Below, one piece after another: positions 27,600-40,426 of a DNA stretch of 64,000 nucleotides. A program made the translations under genes and the position numbers. The stretch spans positions 48,732,001 through 48,796,000 of the forward strand of contig NC_042997.1 of assembly GCF_006345805.1 (NCBI RefSeq), given 5' to 3'. Source of the DNA: Octopus sinensis (taxonomy: Eukaryota). The notes below the pieces were generated by a model. It worked only from the letters and a program-made list of their open reading frames with translations, ran no database searches and had not been told where the DNA came from. Each line of letters starts with the position of its first letter. The stretch's first letter is position 1.

Positions 27600-28158
27600 C
27601 ACGCACACACACACACATGTATGTATGTATGTATATATGTATGTATGTAGGAATGTATTCATGAATGGATGAATGGATGGATGAATGATCGGATTAATGT
27701 TGGTAGATGAGTATAAGAATACATATACATATATATATATATATATATATACATATATATACATACATATATACATACATATATATATATATATATATTT
27801 ATATATGTATATATATATATACATATATATATACATACATATATATATATACATATATATATCATACATATATATATACATACATATATATATATACATA
27901 CATACATATATATATACATACATATATATATACATATATATATATACATACATAATATATATATATACATATATATATACATATATATGTATATATATTT
28001 ATATATATGTATATATATAATATATATATATTTATATATATATATATATATATGTGTGTGTGAAGGCAGTATTTCTTAAATATATATATATATATATATA
28101 TAATATGTATATATGCATGTATGTATATATATATATATATATAATGTATGTATGTATG

Positions 28159-28193
<35 letters not shown>

Positions 28194-28219
28194 ATATATA
28201 TATAATATATATATATATA
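27600..28219. repeat. Long compound (AT)/(AC)/(ATGG) microsatellite field
   Basis: Direct inspection. Confidence 0.95.
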
Positions 28220-28544
28220 CATGGCTCAGTTGTTAGGGCGTCGAGCTTACGATCGTGAGGTTGTGAGCTCGAATCCCGGACCGGGCTGCGTGTTGTGTTC
28301 TTGAGCAAAACACTTTATTTCACATTGCTCCAGTTCACTCAGCTGTAGAAATGAGTTGCGACGTCGCTGGTGTCAAGCTGTATCGACCTTTGTCTTTCCC
28401 TTGGATAACACTGGTGGCGTAGAGAGGGGAGGCCGGTATGCATGGGCGACTGCTGGTCTTCCATAAACAACCTTGCCCAGACTTGTGTCTAGGAGGGTAA
28501 CTTTCTAGGTGCAATCCCATGGTCATTCATGACCGAAGGGGGTC
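28220..28544 (+). mobile_element. Family V SINE inserted in (AT)n
   Basis: Near-identical to 4490-4827. Confidence 0.9.
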
Positions 28545-28580
28545 ACATATATATATATATATATATATAATATATATACA

Positions 28581-28640
<60 letters not shown>

Positions 28641-28805
28641 ATTTTCGCGTCCCAAACACATCGCGCTTGTTACTTAGTCATGTTCCTTTCCCTACTATGC
28701 TCTGGGGAAGACCAACACGCTAATTGTACAAATTTATATAACGTGCATTGTGTTTCCAAGCAATCTTTTGGGCTCCGTCCACATGGTTATCCCTATTTAG
28801 AAATA

Positions 28806-29304
28806 CACGAAGGGGTACCCAAAAGTAACCGAAACTATACATCCGTAGTAGTTCAGGCTTCTGCCGATAAGAGCTATTTCATGCGATCCTCCCGCATCAG
28901 TCTGCCGACTGACATCTTTCTTTGGCGTCATACTTTGTTTGCAGTGCTTTTCCTCTGTTCGTCGACTTTTCCGATGGTTGAAACGGAGGAACAAACTGAA
29001 GGAGTATCCTGAACTGAGAGAAGAGCTGATAGTTGATCCGGACCTTTTTACGAAGATCATCAGTAGTGACGAAAACTGGTGCTACGAAATTTGCAGATGT
29101 GGAAGAGGTGAAGAAAACGACGGGGGCGTTCAAAGGTATCACTTCGCAAAGCTTCCAGCACTGCTTTGAATAGTGAAAATGCATCTGGACAGATGTATTG
29201 CTTCAAATGGAGAATACTTTGAAGGCAATAAAAGTGTAAAAATGTAAAATTAAGTGAATCAAATAATACTGCAAAATTCCGGTTTTCTTTGAGTACCCCT
29301 CGTA
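28806..29304 (+). mobile_element. About 500-bp internally deleted mariner with both TIRs and TA TSD
   Basis: TA|cacgaaggggtacccaaaagtaaccg ... ccggttttctttgagtacccctcgta|TA; internal DPDLFTKIISSDENWCYE and a C-terminal FEGNK-like segment. Confidence 0.85.
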
Positions 29305-29370
29305 TATTCACACACATACACGCACCCATACATACACACACAGACGCACGCACACAAACACACACACACA

Positions 29371-29425
<55 letters not shown>

Positions 29426-29428
<3 letters not shown>

Positions 29429-29618
29429 GCGTAGACGTATTTCGTCTGCCGTTACGTTCTGAGTTCAAATTCCGCCGGGGTCGACTTTGCCTTTCATCCT
29501 TTTGGGGTCGATAAATTAAGTACCAGTTAAGCAGTGGGGTTGATGTAATCGACTTAATCCGTTTGTCTGTCTTTGTTTGTCCCCTCTGTGTTTAGCCCCT
29601 TGTGGCTAGTAAAGAAAT
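29426..29618 (+). mobile_element. 5'-truncated family N SINE
   Basis: Matches 59913-60143. Confidence 0.9.
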
Positions 29619-29654
29619 ATATATATATATATATATATAATATATATATATATG

Positions 29655-29686
<32 letters not shown>

Positions 29687-29703
29687 TAGATAGATAGATA
29701 GAT

Positions 29704-29740
<37 letters not shown>

Positions 29741-29959
29741 GATCATATACAATTGAAGTGTAAAATATCATTGTTTCTTACTACATGAATCATTAAACTT
29801 TCAAAGCAATGACAAATGCCTACATGAAATATATACATACAAGATATTGAATAATTGCAAATCTGCATGTAACGGTAGATCTTTCAATCTGTTTATGTAT
29901 GTATCTATCTATCCAAGGTTGAATTGGCTATTAAGTAATATAAGCATGTGCTTGTACCA

Positions 29960-30150
29960 TCAAGGCAAATGGAGCGCACCGCAGAAATGCTAAATGGTAT
30001 ACGGCACAAAAGAAGCCACTTCATACTTGCTAAAATACTTTTGTAGATGCCTCATATCTACTAAGTATAGAAGCATATATGGTATGTAAGATTAATTTTG
30101 ACGTTTTGATCGAAGACTTTGCAAAGAAAAGAGGTAGAAAACTTTCCGAA
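29960..30150 (+). pseudogene. hAT transposase C-terminal dimerisation-domain relic
   Basis: LLSIEAYMVCKINFDVLIEDFAKKRGRKL resembles the hAT motif LSIExxxxxxLDFDxxIDxFAxxKxRK. Confidence 0.45.
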
Positions 30151-30473
30151 TATAGAGTGGATGGCGGGAGCGCAATGATTGATATTTACTGCATTTTTGA
30201 TTTTGAGGACATTTTTTTACTAATCTTTTCTACCTTACAAAACTTATATCAGCTATGCAAAAGATTTTCTTTAAATGCGCTAAAAATTCTATAACATATT
30301 CATAAGCCTATCACAGTTCTCCTTAGGTGGTGCAAAATGAGTACGAGAAAATAATATCAGTTTGCTTCTTCAAACCTCCACAACAATATTTGAAAATAGA
30401 ATCATGCACGTCAATATCCATCCTCAGATATCAGAAACATAATAAGTTTCCGTGACTGAACATGTATGTATAT

Positions 30474-30509
<36 letters not shown>

Positions 30510-30692
30510 CATACACACAAACACACACACTCTCACTTTCACAGATGCAGGCGCACCTTCGTTTTGGCATCACCAGTACTCCTCTTCTTCCTAGCTCTCC
30601 TGTCCAACAACCTTTTACTAACCAGTCGCCATGATTGACAGCTAAACCCACAATGTTCTTTTTATTCTCTCTCTGTTTATTTCATCGTTTTC

Positions 30693-30728
30693 TTTTCTGT
30701 TGAAGAGCATAGGCTTGAAACGTAAAAA
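30693..30728 (+). ncRNA. HHR-like motif, family H2 (core variant CUGUUGA)
   Basis: TTTT CTGTTGA A GAGC ATAG GCTT GAAAC GTA AAAA. Confidence 0.5.
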
Positions 30729-31699
30729 ACTTTCTCACCTTCATGAGCGTCAAATTAATACACTTGCTTGTTGTTTATATATCTGTCTTCATCTTTTGTT
30801 TTCTGTAAATTTCAACTATATATATATATATATATATATATACCGGAGTAAACACATAAATGTGAAACAAGGTGGAAAAAAAAGTACTCAAATGCCAGAG
30901 GTAGAGTAATATGCTTTATTTAAAAGCAGCAGAAATTTAACAAAAGCTGTGACTCGGAGTAATAGCTTTTGTTAAGTTTCTGCTGTTTTTAAATAAAGTA
31001 TAAATATATATATTTACTTATTTATTTATTTATTTATTTATTTATGGAAATGTCATACAATGAGAAGGAATGCTCAAAACCGCATTGGTGGATAAAATGT
31101 CCTTATTTGTGTATTAAGGCTACTATTGGTGTCATGTTCAGAAAATATCTTACGGATGTATAGTTTCGGTATGTATGTATGTATGTGCAGATTTGTATGT
31201 TCTATGTATGTATTCTCATGCATATACTTGCGTATCGAGACATGCTCATATATATTTAAATGATGAACTTCTGGGAAGTTTTACAGGTTTTTACAGTTCC
31301 AGTACGTATTTATGTATGTAGGTATGCATACTTACTACATGCTAAATTTTTAAAATGTATTATGTACTTGCATGCTGCCGTTAATGGTTTCGATCTGGAA
31401 TGTCTTAAATAGTTGTGCTTGTTGTGGTTTCACAGCTACTTAAAGTGGATGCCGAGCTAGTTAGATTTTTAAGTGCCTTAATGAGTAAATTCAGAGCACT
31501 GTTGTATATACAGATCTTTAATGAGTTTGTAAATTTTTTTTTACTATTTTTTAACATTATGTTGAGTTTTGCTGTTGACTGATTTCCGATGCTGAGTATA
31601 ATTTTCTCCTCTCTCGCAGATCATTCCATTATTAGTCAGTGAGGTATGCTGCATAGTCACTATGAGTAATTAGGCAATATACATCATTGAAACATCATA

Positions 31700-32500
31700 T
31701 ATACCTATCCTTAGAATGAGATTGCCCAATATTTGTTTTGTCATTCCGTCAGACCCCACTTGAAAGATTTGACCGTAATGGTATTTTGGGAAAAGTGATT
31801 ATAACGCGTTTGACAGTGAGAGAATTAATCTGCCTAGATGTTTCACTTGTATCTCTATACCTTTTGTACAATAGGTGTTTCTTTGTTATGTCTTATGCAA
31901 TTGCATACACTTAAATGAATGCTAATATCCTCGATGTTGGTTCATGAGAATATACTAATAATTATCTATCTTATTTTTCATTTTGAAGCTTTCTGGTCAC
32001 ATAAATATGTATGACCTTTGACTGCTGTGAATACAACGTTTATTCTCAAGACCTGTTGCGCTACACTTATGAAATTTCTCTTTGTTTATAATCTAGATCT
32101 TCATCCAGGGAATATTTTCCGAAAAGTTCCTTTCCATTCACTTGATGTTATCTTCCTCATGAATGCACAATTGTTCTATGGATGGACTTCGATATTTGGA
32201 TTCTGTGACATTCCATGGGGTGTTGTCTGAATCGATTGTCGGTCACTACAGGGGTATTCTGTATCATTGTCATTGTGGAAATTTGCGGTATACTTATTAG
32301 TTTAAAGATTTTAAAATCAAAATCTTGCATGTTATATAGCGTCCTACAGAATTGCAGAGATGCAGCTACGAGTGCTTGTACAGCAAACACATTCTGGGCT
32401 ACAGTTTTATTGTATACAGACATTTCTTTATCCGGTTGTTATATTCTTTGTTCACTTCTTCCTTGCTCCAGTTTCCATCAGAGCACATATATTCATCAAT
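31700..32500 (-). pseudogene. Very decayed non-LTR retrotransposon (R4/Dong-like) post-RT region
   Basis: KEEVNKEYNNRIKK and NKTVAQNVFAVQAL...FDFKIFKL resemble EYxRRxRxIL..NKIKAINTFAVPVL..LDxKxRKL; many stops. Confidence 0.45.
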
Positions 32501-32657
32501 TCATAAATATCTACAGTATCCCGCATTGGACATCAACTATGGATATGTATGTAAAGAGTGGGGAAAGAAAGTGAATAAGAACTAAAGTTAGTAAGATAAA
32601 TTAATAAAGAGTGAGAAATAAAGTCTGACAGACAAACAGCGACAGATAGACAGATAA

Positions 32658-32741
<84 letters not shown>

Positions 32742-32801
32742 TTCAGAACATATTTCACGTATGTGCATTTATTGGCTCTTTAATTTCATATATATATTGT
32801 T

Positions 32802-32869
<68 letters not shown>

Positions 32870-32871
<2 letters not shown>

Positions 32872-34314
32872 AGCAGAGGAACCCGGCGTTGCCAAGGAAT
32901 GAAATCTTTCTTTACATATTGGAAGAATAACAATAAAAATAATAATAATAAATACAAAACTTACGACTTTTATGAAACGAGATAAAATCTACCACACATG
33001 TTGAAGGAACTTATGTAAGAGCTTCTGGGTAAACAACATTCTTTGTTTTCTGCTTTGGAGCTTGGACAAATAAGTCTTGCAAACTACCTACCCTGGAGCA
33101 ACCAACATAAAGGTGACCATGAAAAACGCAAGCCAGTAGATTTCAAAGACTGAACTTGAGCTTTATTAGTAGACATTGCAAAGGAAAGTCGCACTGGGAA
33201 TTGTGTTCGTTTGAACTCAAAGGGCATGTCTGTTGGTCTGATTGGAATTCTTGGAACGAAAACCGCTTCCCCAGAGGCACATCCAGTGATGATGATAGCT
33301 TTTGTCACATTGGGTGATAATGTCTTTACAATCAACCTTATCCCATCGCATAATTTAGTAGGATCTAAATTTCTTAGAAGCATTATTGAGACTCCTACCT
33401 TCAGAACAAGTTTATGTGGAGGAATTCCTGGTGGTTCAAGAGAATTAAGGATCTCTGTTGGGTAATAGTCAGCTTCATTTTCATCAAGGACTGAATCAAC
33501 TGATTTGTACTTCTTAATGACTGTTGGAATCTTATTCATTAATTCATGGTTAATTCTTGCTACTGTCTCACTTTTGGGATTAAGAATTGGCCTTTCACAC
33601 AAACTATTTATGTGAATAATAATTATTACTTAAGGCCTGTTCTTCAATTGAATTGGGGAATTCATCATGATAGCAATATGAGCCAAACTGATTTCATCAT
33701 TCCCATCAAGTGGTACTTTCCCATTTCCTAATTGGAGGAGGCAGGTTGAAAACTGTTTTACACATTGGTCCCCAGGCAATGAAGCTGGCACGTCAGTATC
33801 GAAGGAACGTTTCAGTACTTTATTCCATAGGTGTGAAGATAACGCATGTTTTTACTTCATCAGATCTTATTCGTCTTAGAATGACTGATAATGTCTATCT
33901 AAAGTCTCCTGATAAAACTGATGTAACTCTTCCCGTAAATTTATTGTTGCTTCTGATGTCCTGTAAGGTGTTACCAAGAGCTTCCATTGCACCTCTAGGC
34001 GACATGGTGCATTCATCCCAAATTATCAGTTGGTATTGGCACAACACTTCTGCTGGACCTGAATCTTTACTTATTCAGACTGTCACTTGTGACCAGATTT
34101 AGTCGTAATTTAAAAGCAGAATGTGCTGTTCGTCCTCCTGCGAGAATGGTGGCAGCAAAGCCAGACAATGGTACAGCAATAGCAAATTTTGGGGTTTTTG
34201 CCTTACTTTGGTGAGAAGTAATGTTACAAATGTTTTACGTGTATCACCAGGAGCATCGAGAAAAAAATTCCTCTTCTTTATTTTTACGATGGTGGACGTC
34301 GCCCGCGCACACAC
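32870..34314 (-). pseudogene. Helitron relic: PIF1-family helicase half of RepHel plus 3' terminus
   Basis: FFLDAPGDTRKTF (Walker A-like), YPTEILNSLEPPGIPPHKLVLKVGVSIMLLRNL, QFPVRLSFAMSTNKAQ, HGHLYVGCSRV, NVVYPEALT* (stop 33011-13). 3' hairpin ccttggcaacgccggg then CTGG|T at 32870. The Rep domain is not seen. Confidence 0.9.
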
Positions 34315-34447
34315 ACAGATTCACATACATACAGTATCAAACTACAGATGAAAGGGAGGTATGTGTGAGAGAGAGAGAGAGTAAGTGAAGTGGTGTGTTG
34401 TCATATATACGTACATACATAAATAATAGGCGTACAACTTTCTTGTA

Positions 34448-34479
<32 letters not shown>

Positions 34480-34846
34480 TGCCACTTACACATCACTTTC
34501 CATCTCTCTCTCACACACACACATACACACATACATACAGAAAAGATGTATGCATATGAATTTATGCATGTACGAATACATGACAACACACTCCTTCACA
34601 CACACACACACACACAACATACATAAATGTATACAAAAGTACATACAAAAACACGTGTATGTGTGTGACTTATAAATACATCGAGCTGAACACAGCGTGA
34701 AAAAGAAAATAAATAAAACATTTTTACGTAAATAAACGAAGCGTGAAAGTTCCATAAAATTTATGCCCATATTTTTTGGGCGCCACATGTTTAATTGCAA
34801 AATGTTTAGGTGATGTTTGTGTACTAAAGAAATCAAAGCTGGAGTG

Positions 34847-34879
<33 letters not shown>

Positions 34880-34884
34880 TGTGT

Positions 34885-34923
<39 letters not shown>

Positions 34924-36059
34924 GGAGAAAGAGATAGTGAGAGAATGTTGCAAACAATGAATGATATGAACATGGAATGAAAAAGTCGTATAAATAAAAG
35001 CACATTGAAAAGTTTTCTGTACCGAATATTTAAATGTGTGAACTTAGTAAATATTTCTTTCAGTAATTTATCGTAATTGTTTACAAATAGCGAATTAAAA
35101 CTTGAAATGAAAACATTAAAATTTAGACAGGGACAGACTTCGCCGTTATTATATCAATACCGGAAGTTGACAATGAGAAACCTTTTCAAAGAAGTGATTC
35201 TAATGTAGAGGATTTCATTTAAAAATATCCATTTTCTTGAAGGTTAAGATGAAATGAAGTAGACTTGGGCGAATTTTCAGAAAATTCTCAACCCCTCCTA
35301 AAACACTTACCCCACAAAAGTTTATATATTCGAAAATGACATGACAGAACACATATTTCTAGACACTTTTATTTTAAAATATCCTTAATTCTGACAGTTA
35401 TAATCATAGAAATTGTGTTGGTGGGATGCAGAGTTCTGTAGTTCTTAAAACGACGGGCAGAAAGTAAATAATATATTTTAACGGAAAAGAAAGTATTGTA
35501 GGGGATGACGGGAAATTTGTTACTCAGCGAACCAAAGAACCGCTATCGAAGGTATCAGAAAGAAACCGTCAACAACAGGAAAACATAAGACCGTACAGAT
35601 TGAAGTGAAATTTAGGAAGATACTTCTGTCAGTAAATTATGAAATTACTTACATCAGTAATTGTGAACTTGTTTCTGTCAGTAATTTGTCGGTGTTTGCT
35701 TGTAAATAGCGATTCAAAACTTAGACTTGCAGTGATAACAATAACATGGAAGTTACACAATGGCCTATGAAAATTGAAAGTGGAAAGAACAGGGTCTGTA
35801 AAATGAAAGTGAAAACAAGAGATATGTTACAGAGAGATAGAGATAGAGTGAGAGAGATGGATAGAGAGATATACATAAACAGAGATGTTACGTCACTGAC
35901 GCTAGAAAACCGGAAGTAAAATTATTAAAATCTTTGAAAGAGGTGAATGTAACATAGAAAGCAATATTTTTATTTTAAAAAATTTTTAATAAAAAAAAAT
36001 CAAATGAAGACCCTTTAAAATGCCCGAGGTCAAATTATTCATGCATCACAAGTATGGAA

Positions 36060-36590
<531 letters not shown>

Positions 36591-36621
36591 GAATAATATA
36601 TATATATATATATATATATAG

Positions 36622-37166
36622 ATATAATATGAACGACGATAGCCACAGGGTGTATACAAACAATTCTCTTCTCTGTGTGCTTTCTTTCAATCAGATAAAA
36701 AAATGTTTGCACTTTGACCGATTCTTTTACGACCACAGTTATGGCAATGATAAGAATGAATGATGGCGGAAACATATAAATACTTACACACGTTTGTACA
36801 TACGTTTGTACAAACATACGTACATACATGCATACACACGTACACACATATACAAACATATGTGTATATATTCATATATATATATACACTCATATATATA
36901 TAGATCATATGTATCTACGCTTATTTATATACAGGGTTGGTCAAATCTCACCCGATAGTGAATTAAAATTCCATAAATACTTAATATTCAACTTTATTTA
37001 TTGATTTGGAAATATGGTGTCGCTCGGGAAGGACTTCAGTTTGAACAATTTTTATGAAGTCTCATATTTAGATGCTTTTATTAAATTAATTCATTTGTTA
37101 AACAAATAATTCTTGGAATTAAATGGTTTTCAATTACTGTCAGGTGACATTTGGCCAACTCTCTTT

Positions 37167-37224
<58 letters not shown>

Positions 37225-37391
37225 CATAAAAATTGTTCAAACTGAAGTTCTTCCCGAGCGACACCATTTTTCCAAATCAATAACTAAAGTTGAATATTAA
37301 GTATTTATGGAATTTTGATTCACTATCGGGTGAGATTTGACCAACCCTGTATATAAATAAGCGCAGATACATATGATCTATATATATATGA

Positions 37392-37436
<45 letters not shown>

Positions 37437-37685
37437 TATATACACATATGTATGTATATGTGTGTATGTGTGTATGCATGTATGTACGTATGTTTGTACA
37501 AACGTATGTACAAACGTGTGTAAGTATTTATATATTTCCGACATCATTCATTCTTATCATTGCCATAAATGTGGTCGTAAAAGAATCGGTCAGAGTGCAA
37601 ACATTTTTTTATCTGATCGAAAGAAAGCACACAGAGAAGAGAACTGTTTGTATACACCCTGTGGCTATCGTCGTTCATATTATAT
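36622..37685. repeat. About 435-bp inverted duplication with a 166-bp spacer that includes an (AT)n tract
   Basis: 36622-37057 vs 37224-37685, about 13 substitutions apart from microsatellite length differences. Confidence 0.95.
36932..37165. mobile_element. Tc1/mariner-type MITE
   Basis: TA|cagggttggtcaaatctcacccgatagt; degenerate inverted copy (actgtcaggtgacatttggccaactc) at 37137-37162. Confidence 0.55.
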
Positions 37686-37738
37686 TCTTGATATCTGTTA
37701 CGATTGGTCCAACCATTATGGGGATTCTATTGACTTAC

Positions 37739-37824
37739 CTTCACGACACACATGTTTCTTTCGTTCGCTTTCTACTTTTTCCTCCATGTCGATTTTAACT
37801 TCTTTTTAACTTCCAAGTTTCTTC
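37739..37824 (-). other. Candidate spliced exon (possible ATG at 37787, MEEKVESERKKHVCRE, phase 1)
   Basis: Minus strand tatgcag|GAAG...GTGAAG|gtaagt with canonical acceptor and consensus donor; no protein similarity recognised. Confidence 0.25.
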
Positions 37825-38404
37825 CTGCATACCTATATGTGTTGAGAATTTGAAGGCTTGTGAATATGAACTTCTAACCCGTATTGAATAGCATGACTAT
37901 CATTCTGTAGTTACAAATAGATTTATTTATATACTTATTAAATTTGTTTGTTTATATATTCTGAAGATGTCGTCTAAAGATACGAGGAAATAGTTTCAAA
38001 GGGAGTTTGTTTTCAGAAAATAATAACAACAGTAATAAAATGAAGGAAAATATATAAATAGATAAAGAAATAAATAATAAACGAACGCAGAAACGTTGAA
38101 ATATTCAAATTCGAATATGGTATGCAAGAAATGGTGACATCTTTAATCCCATATGCAATATATTTAGGTATTGGAGTTGAAGCCAATGATTCTACATTTC
38201 TTTCGTAACATTTACGAATGTCTATCAGTTTTGCTCTGGCTTGTATTGTTCAAAATGATTCCAGTATATCTGTGAATGTGGAAATAAACTGCATAGACAT
38301 CTAGGTATGCATGGATAATTTCAGTAGCTTAAGAAGCGGGGTATCTGCGTTGACAGGTAGTTATGTACCATTTGTGTGTATGTATATAGATAGGTATGCA
38401 GGAC

Positions 38405-38528
<124 letters not shown>

Positions 38529-38804
38529 GTACATATATAGTTATGTGCCGTGGGTAAGTATTTATGCATGAATGCTATCATAAATTTTAAAAGTATCTCT
38601 AATCAAAAGTAATTTAGCAAGGATCACATTGTTTTCAAGCAGGCATACTGCACGTAAGAGCACACGTGATGAGTCTTCCACTAAAAAGACGGCTTTTTAT
38701 CTATAAGATTGGTTATTCACATAGATGCTCCCTGGTTGGTTCCGCATGATTGTGTATGTATTCTGCTCGTGTTTGAGTTTGTGTGCTTATGCGTGAATAT
38801 ATAC

Positions 38805-38882
<78 letters not shown>

Positions 38883-38969
38883 GTAGCCCATGAAATTTTA
38901 TTTCATGGGCTCCTCGTGAGCGTTTGTCGTAAAGCTTGTTGTGCATTTTGTTGGAGAATTAAGTTCCTG

Positions 38970-39054
38970 ATTTTCCTGAAGAGAAAGCTGCAAAATGGAC
39001 TCCTATTCAATCCGAATTAGGGACTTTGCAGCCTTCGAAACATATGTAGAAAAT
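38970..39054 (+). ncRNA. Type I hammerhead ribozyme with complete canonical core
   Basis: Stem I ATTTTC/GAAAAT; CTGAAGA 38976-82; stem II G38983-C39036 with 11 of 12 bp plus an inner hairpin; GAAA 39037-40; stem III ACATATGT; GUA cleavage triplet 39046-48. Confidence 0.8.
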
Positions 39055-40246
39055 AATATAAAGGAATTTTGTTAAATCTTCGTTCAGCTCCATTTCTTCC
39101 TACACTTAATATATAAAACTTCAAATTTCCGCACTAAGGCACGGTTTTTATGCCCCATGGTCGTAACTTCAACGGTGCTTTTTCTGTCGTGATTTGTGCT
39201 ACCCAGGTATCGGTTATCATTTGAATTATCCGTAATAAGATAATTCATTTTTCTACTTCAATAATTATATATATATATATATATTTGCATGTGTGCATAA
39301 ACAGACAGACAGACAAACAGACAGATAGATTAGTAGTTGACTACATTAAGAATTTGCTCTTAATTTATTAATCGTACAGTATAGTGTGGAAATAGCTGAC
39401 TGTTATTTCTAGCTGTTCGAGAAAACTTATAGATATTCTTTCATTGCTTTGAAGTTCGATAGTTTTGTATTTTGAGGTCACATTGCGATATAGAATTGGT
39501 AGTGAGGTGTAATAGATGTCTTTTGTCTTTATTTCTGTTCTCTATTGTATTTTGCTCCAACTTCCGACATATTTAGTAGCAGATAAGTTTTATTGTGGTA
39601 AGACAATTGTTTGCATCTCTATCAAACCTTGCACATATCTAGAGAAATAATCATTTTGTGTATGCACCACGATCAGTTACGCAGCGGAACATAGCTTATT
39701 CTGGGATGTAGAAGAATCCAATCCACACGGATGGAGGTATAAACTTTTCATCCTTTTGGACTCGGAACATGGAAAGCTGGAACAAATAGAGAAGCATTCT
39801 AACCAATGGTACATCAACGCATAGAACTCGGAATGTTTTAAGAAGTTGTTAGCAGAAAGGTAGATATATTTCAGATATATTTCTGTATCAACTGAAAGTG
39901 AAAACTCGACTTTGAAACGGGAATAAGAATAAATACCGCGAAGGAAAATGCTTATTTATTCCAAGTTATTTACTCTCTATACTGACTTGATAACAAACTA
40001 TTTCTACTTCGTGATCTTCATTAGTATATAATTTAGTAGTACGTAAGTAACTATGAAAGTAGGTAGGTCTGTAGGCAGGAAAAGGGAGGAAGTAAATGCC
40101 CACACTTGTGCATATGAATACGTAAGATGGATAATTAATAAAATCAATATAATTGATTTTTATAAATCAAATTAAATAAAATATAGTGATGGATTTTCAA
40201 ATTATCGCTAATTTGCCAAATTTCAATCTCTCCACATATGTGAATG

Positions 40247-40322
<76 letters not shown>

Positions 40323-40354
40323 GAGAGAGAGATACAGATGGGACAGATAGATAG

Positions 40355-40426
<72 letters not shown>

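Noticed and set aside
33084-33602. 172-aa ORF resembling a cellular PIF1 helicase
   Set aside because: It is a frameshifted Helitron helicase with a Helitron 3' hairpin and terminus nearby; not a host gene.
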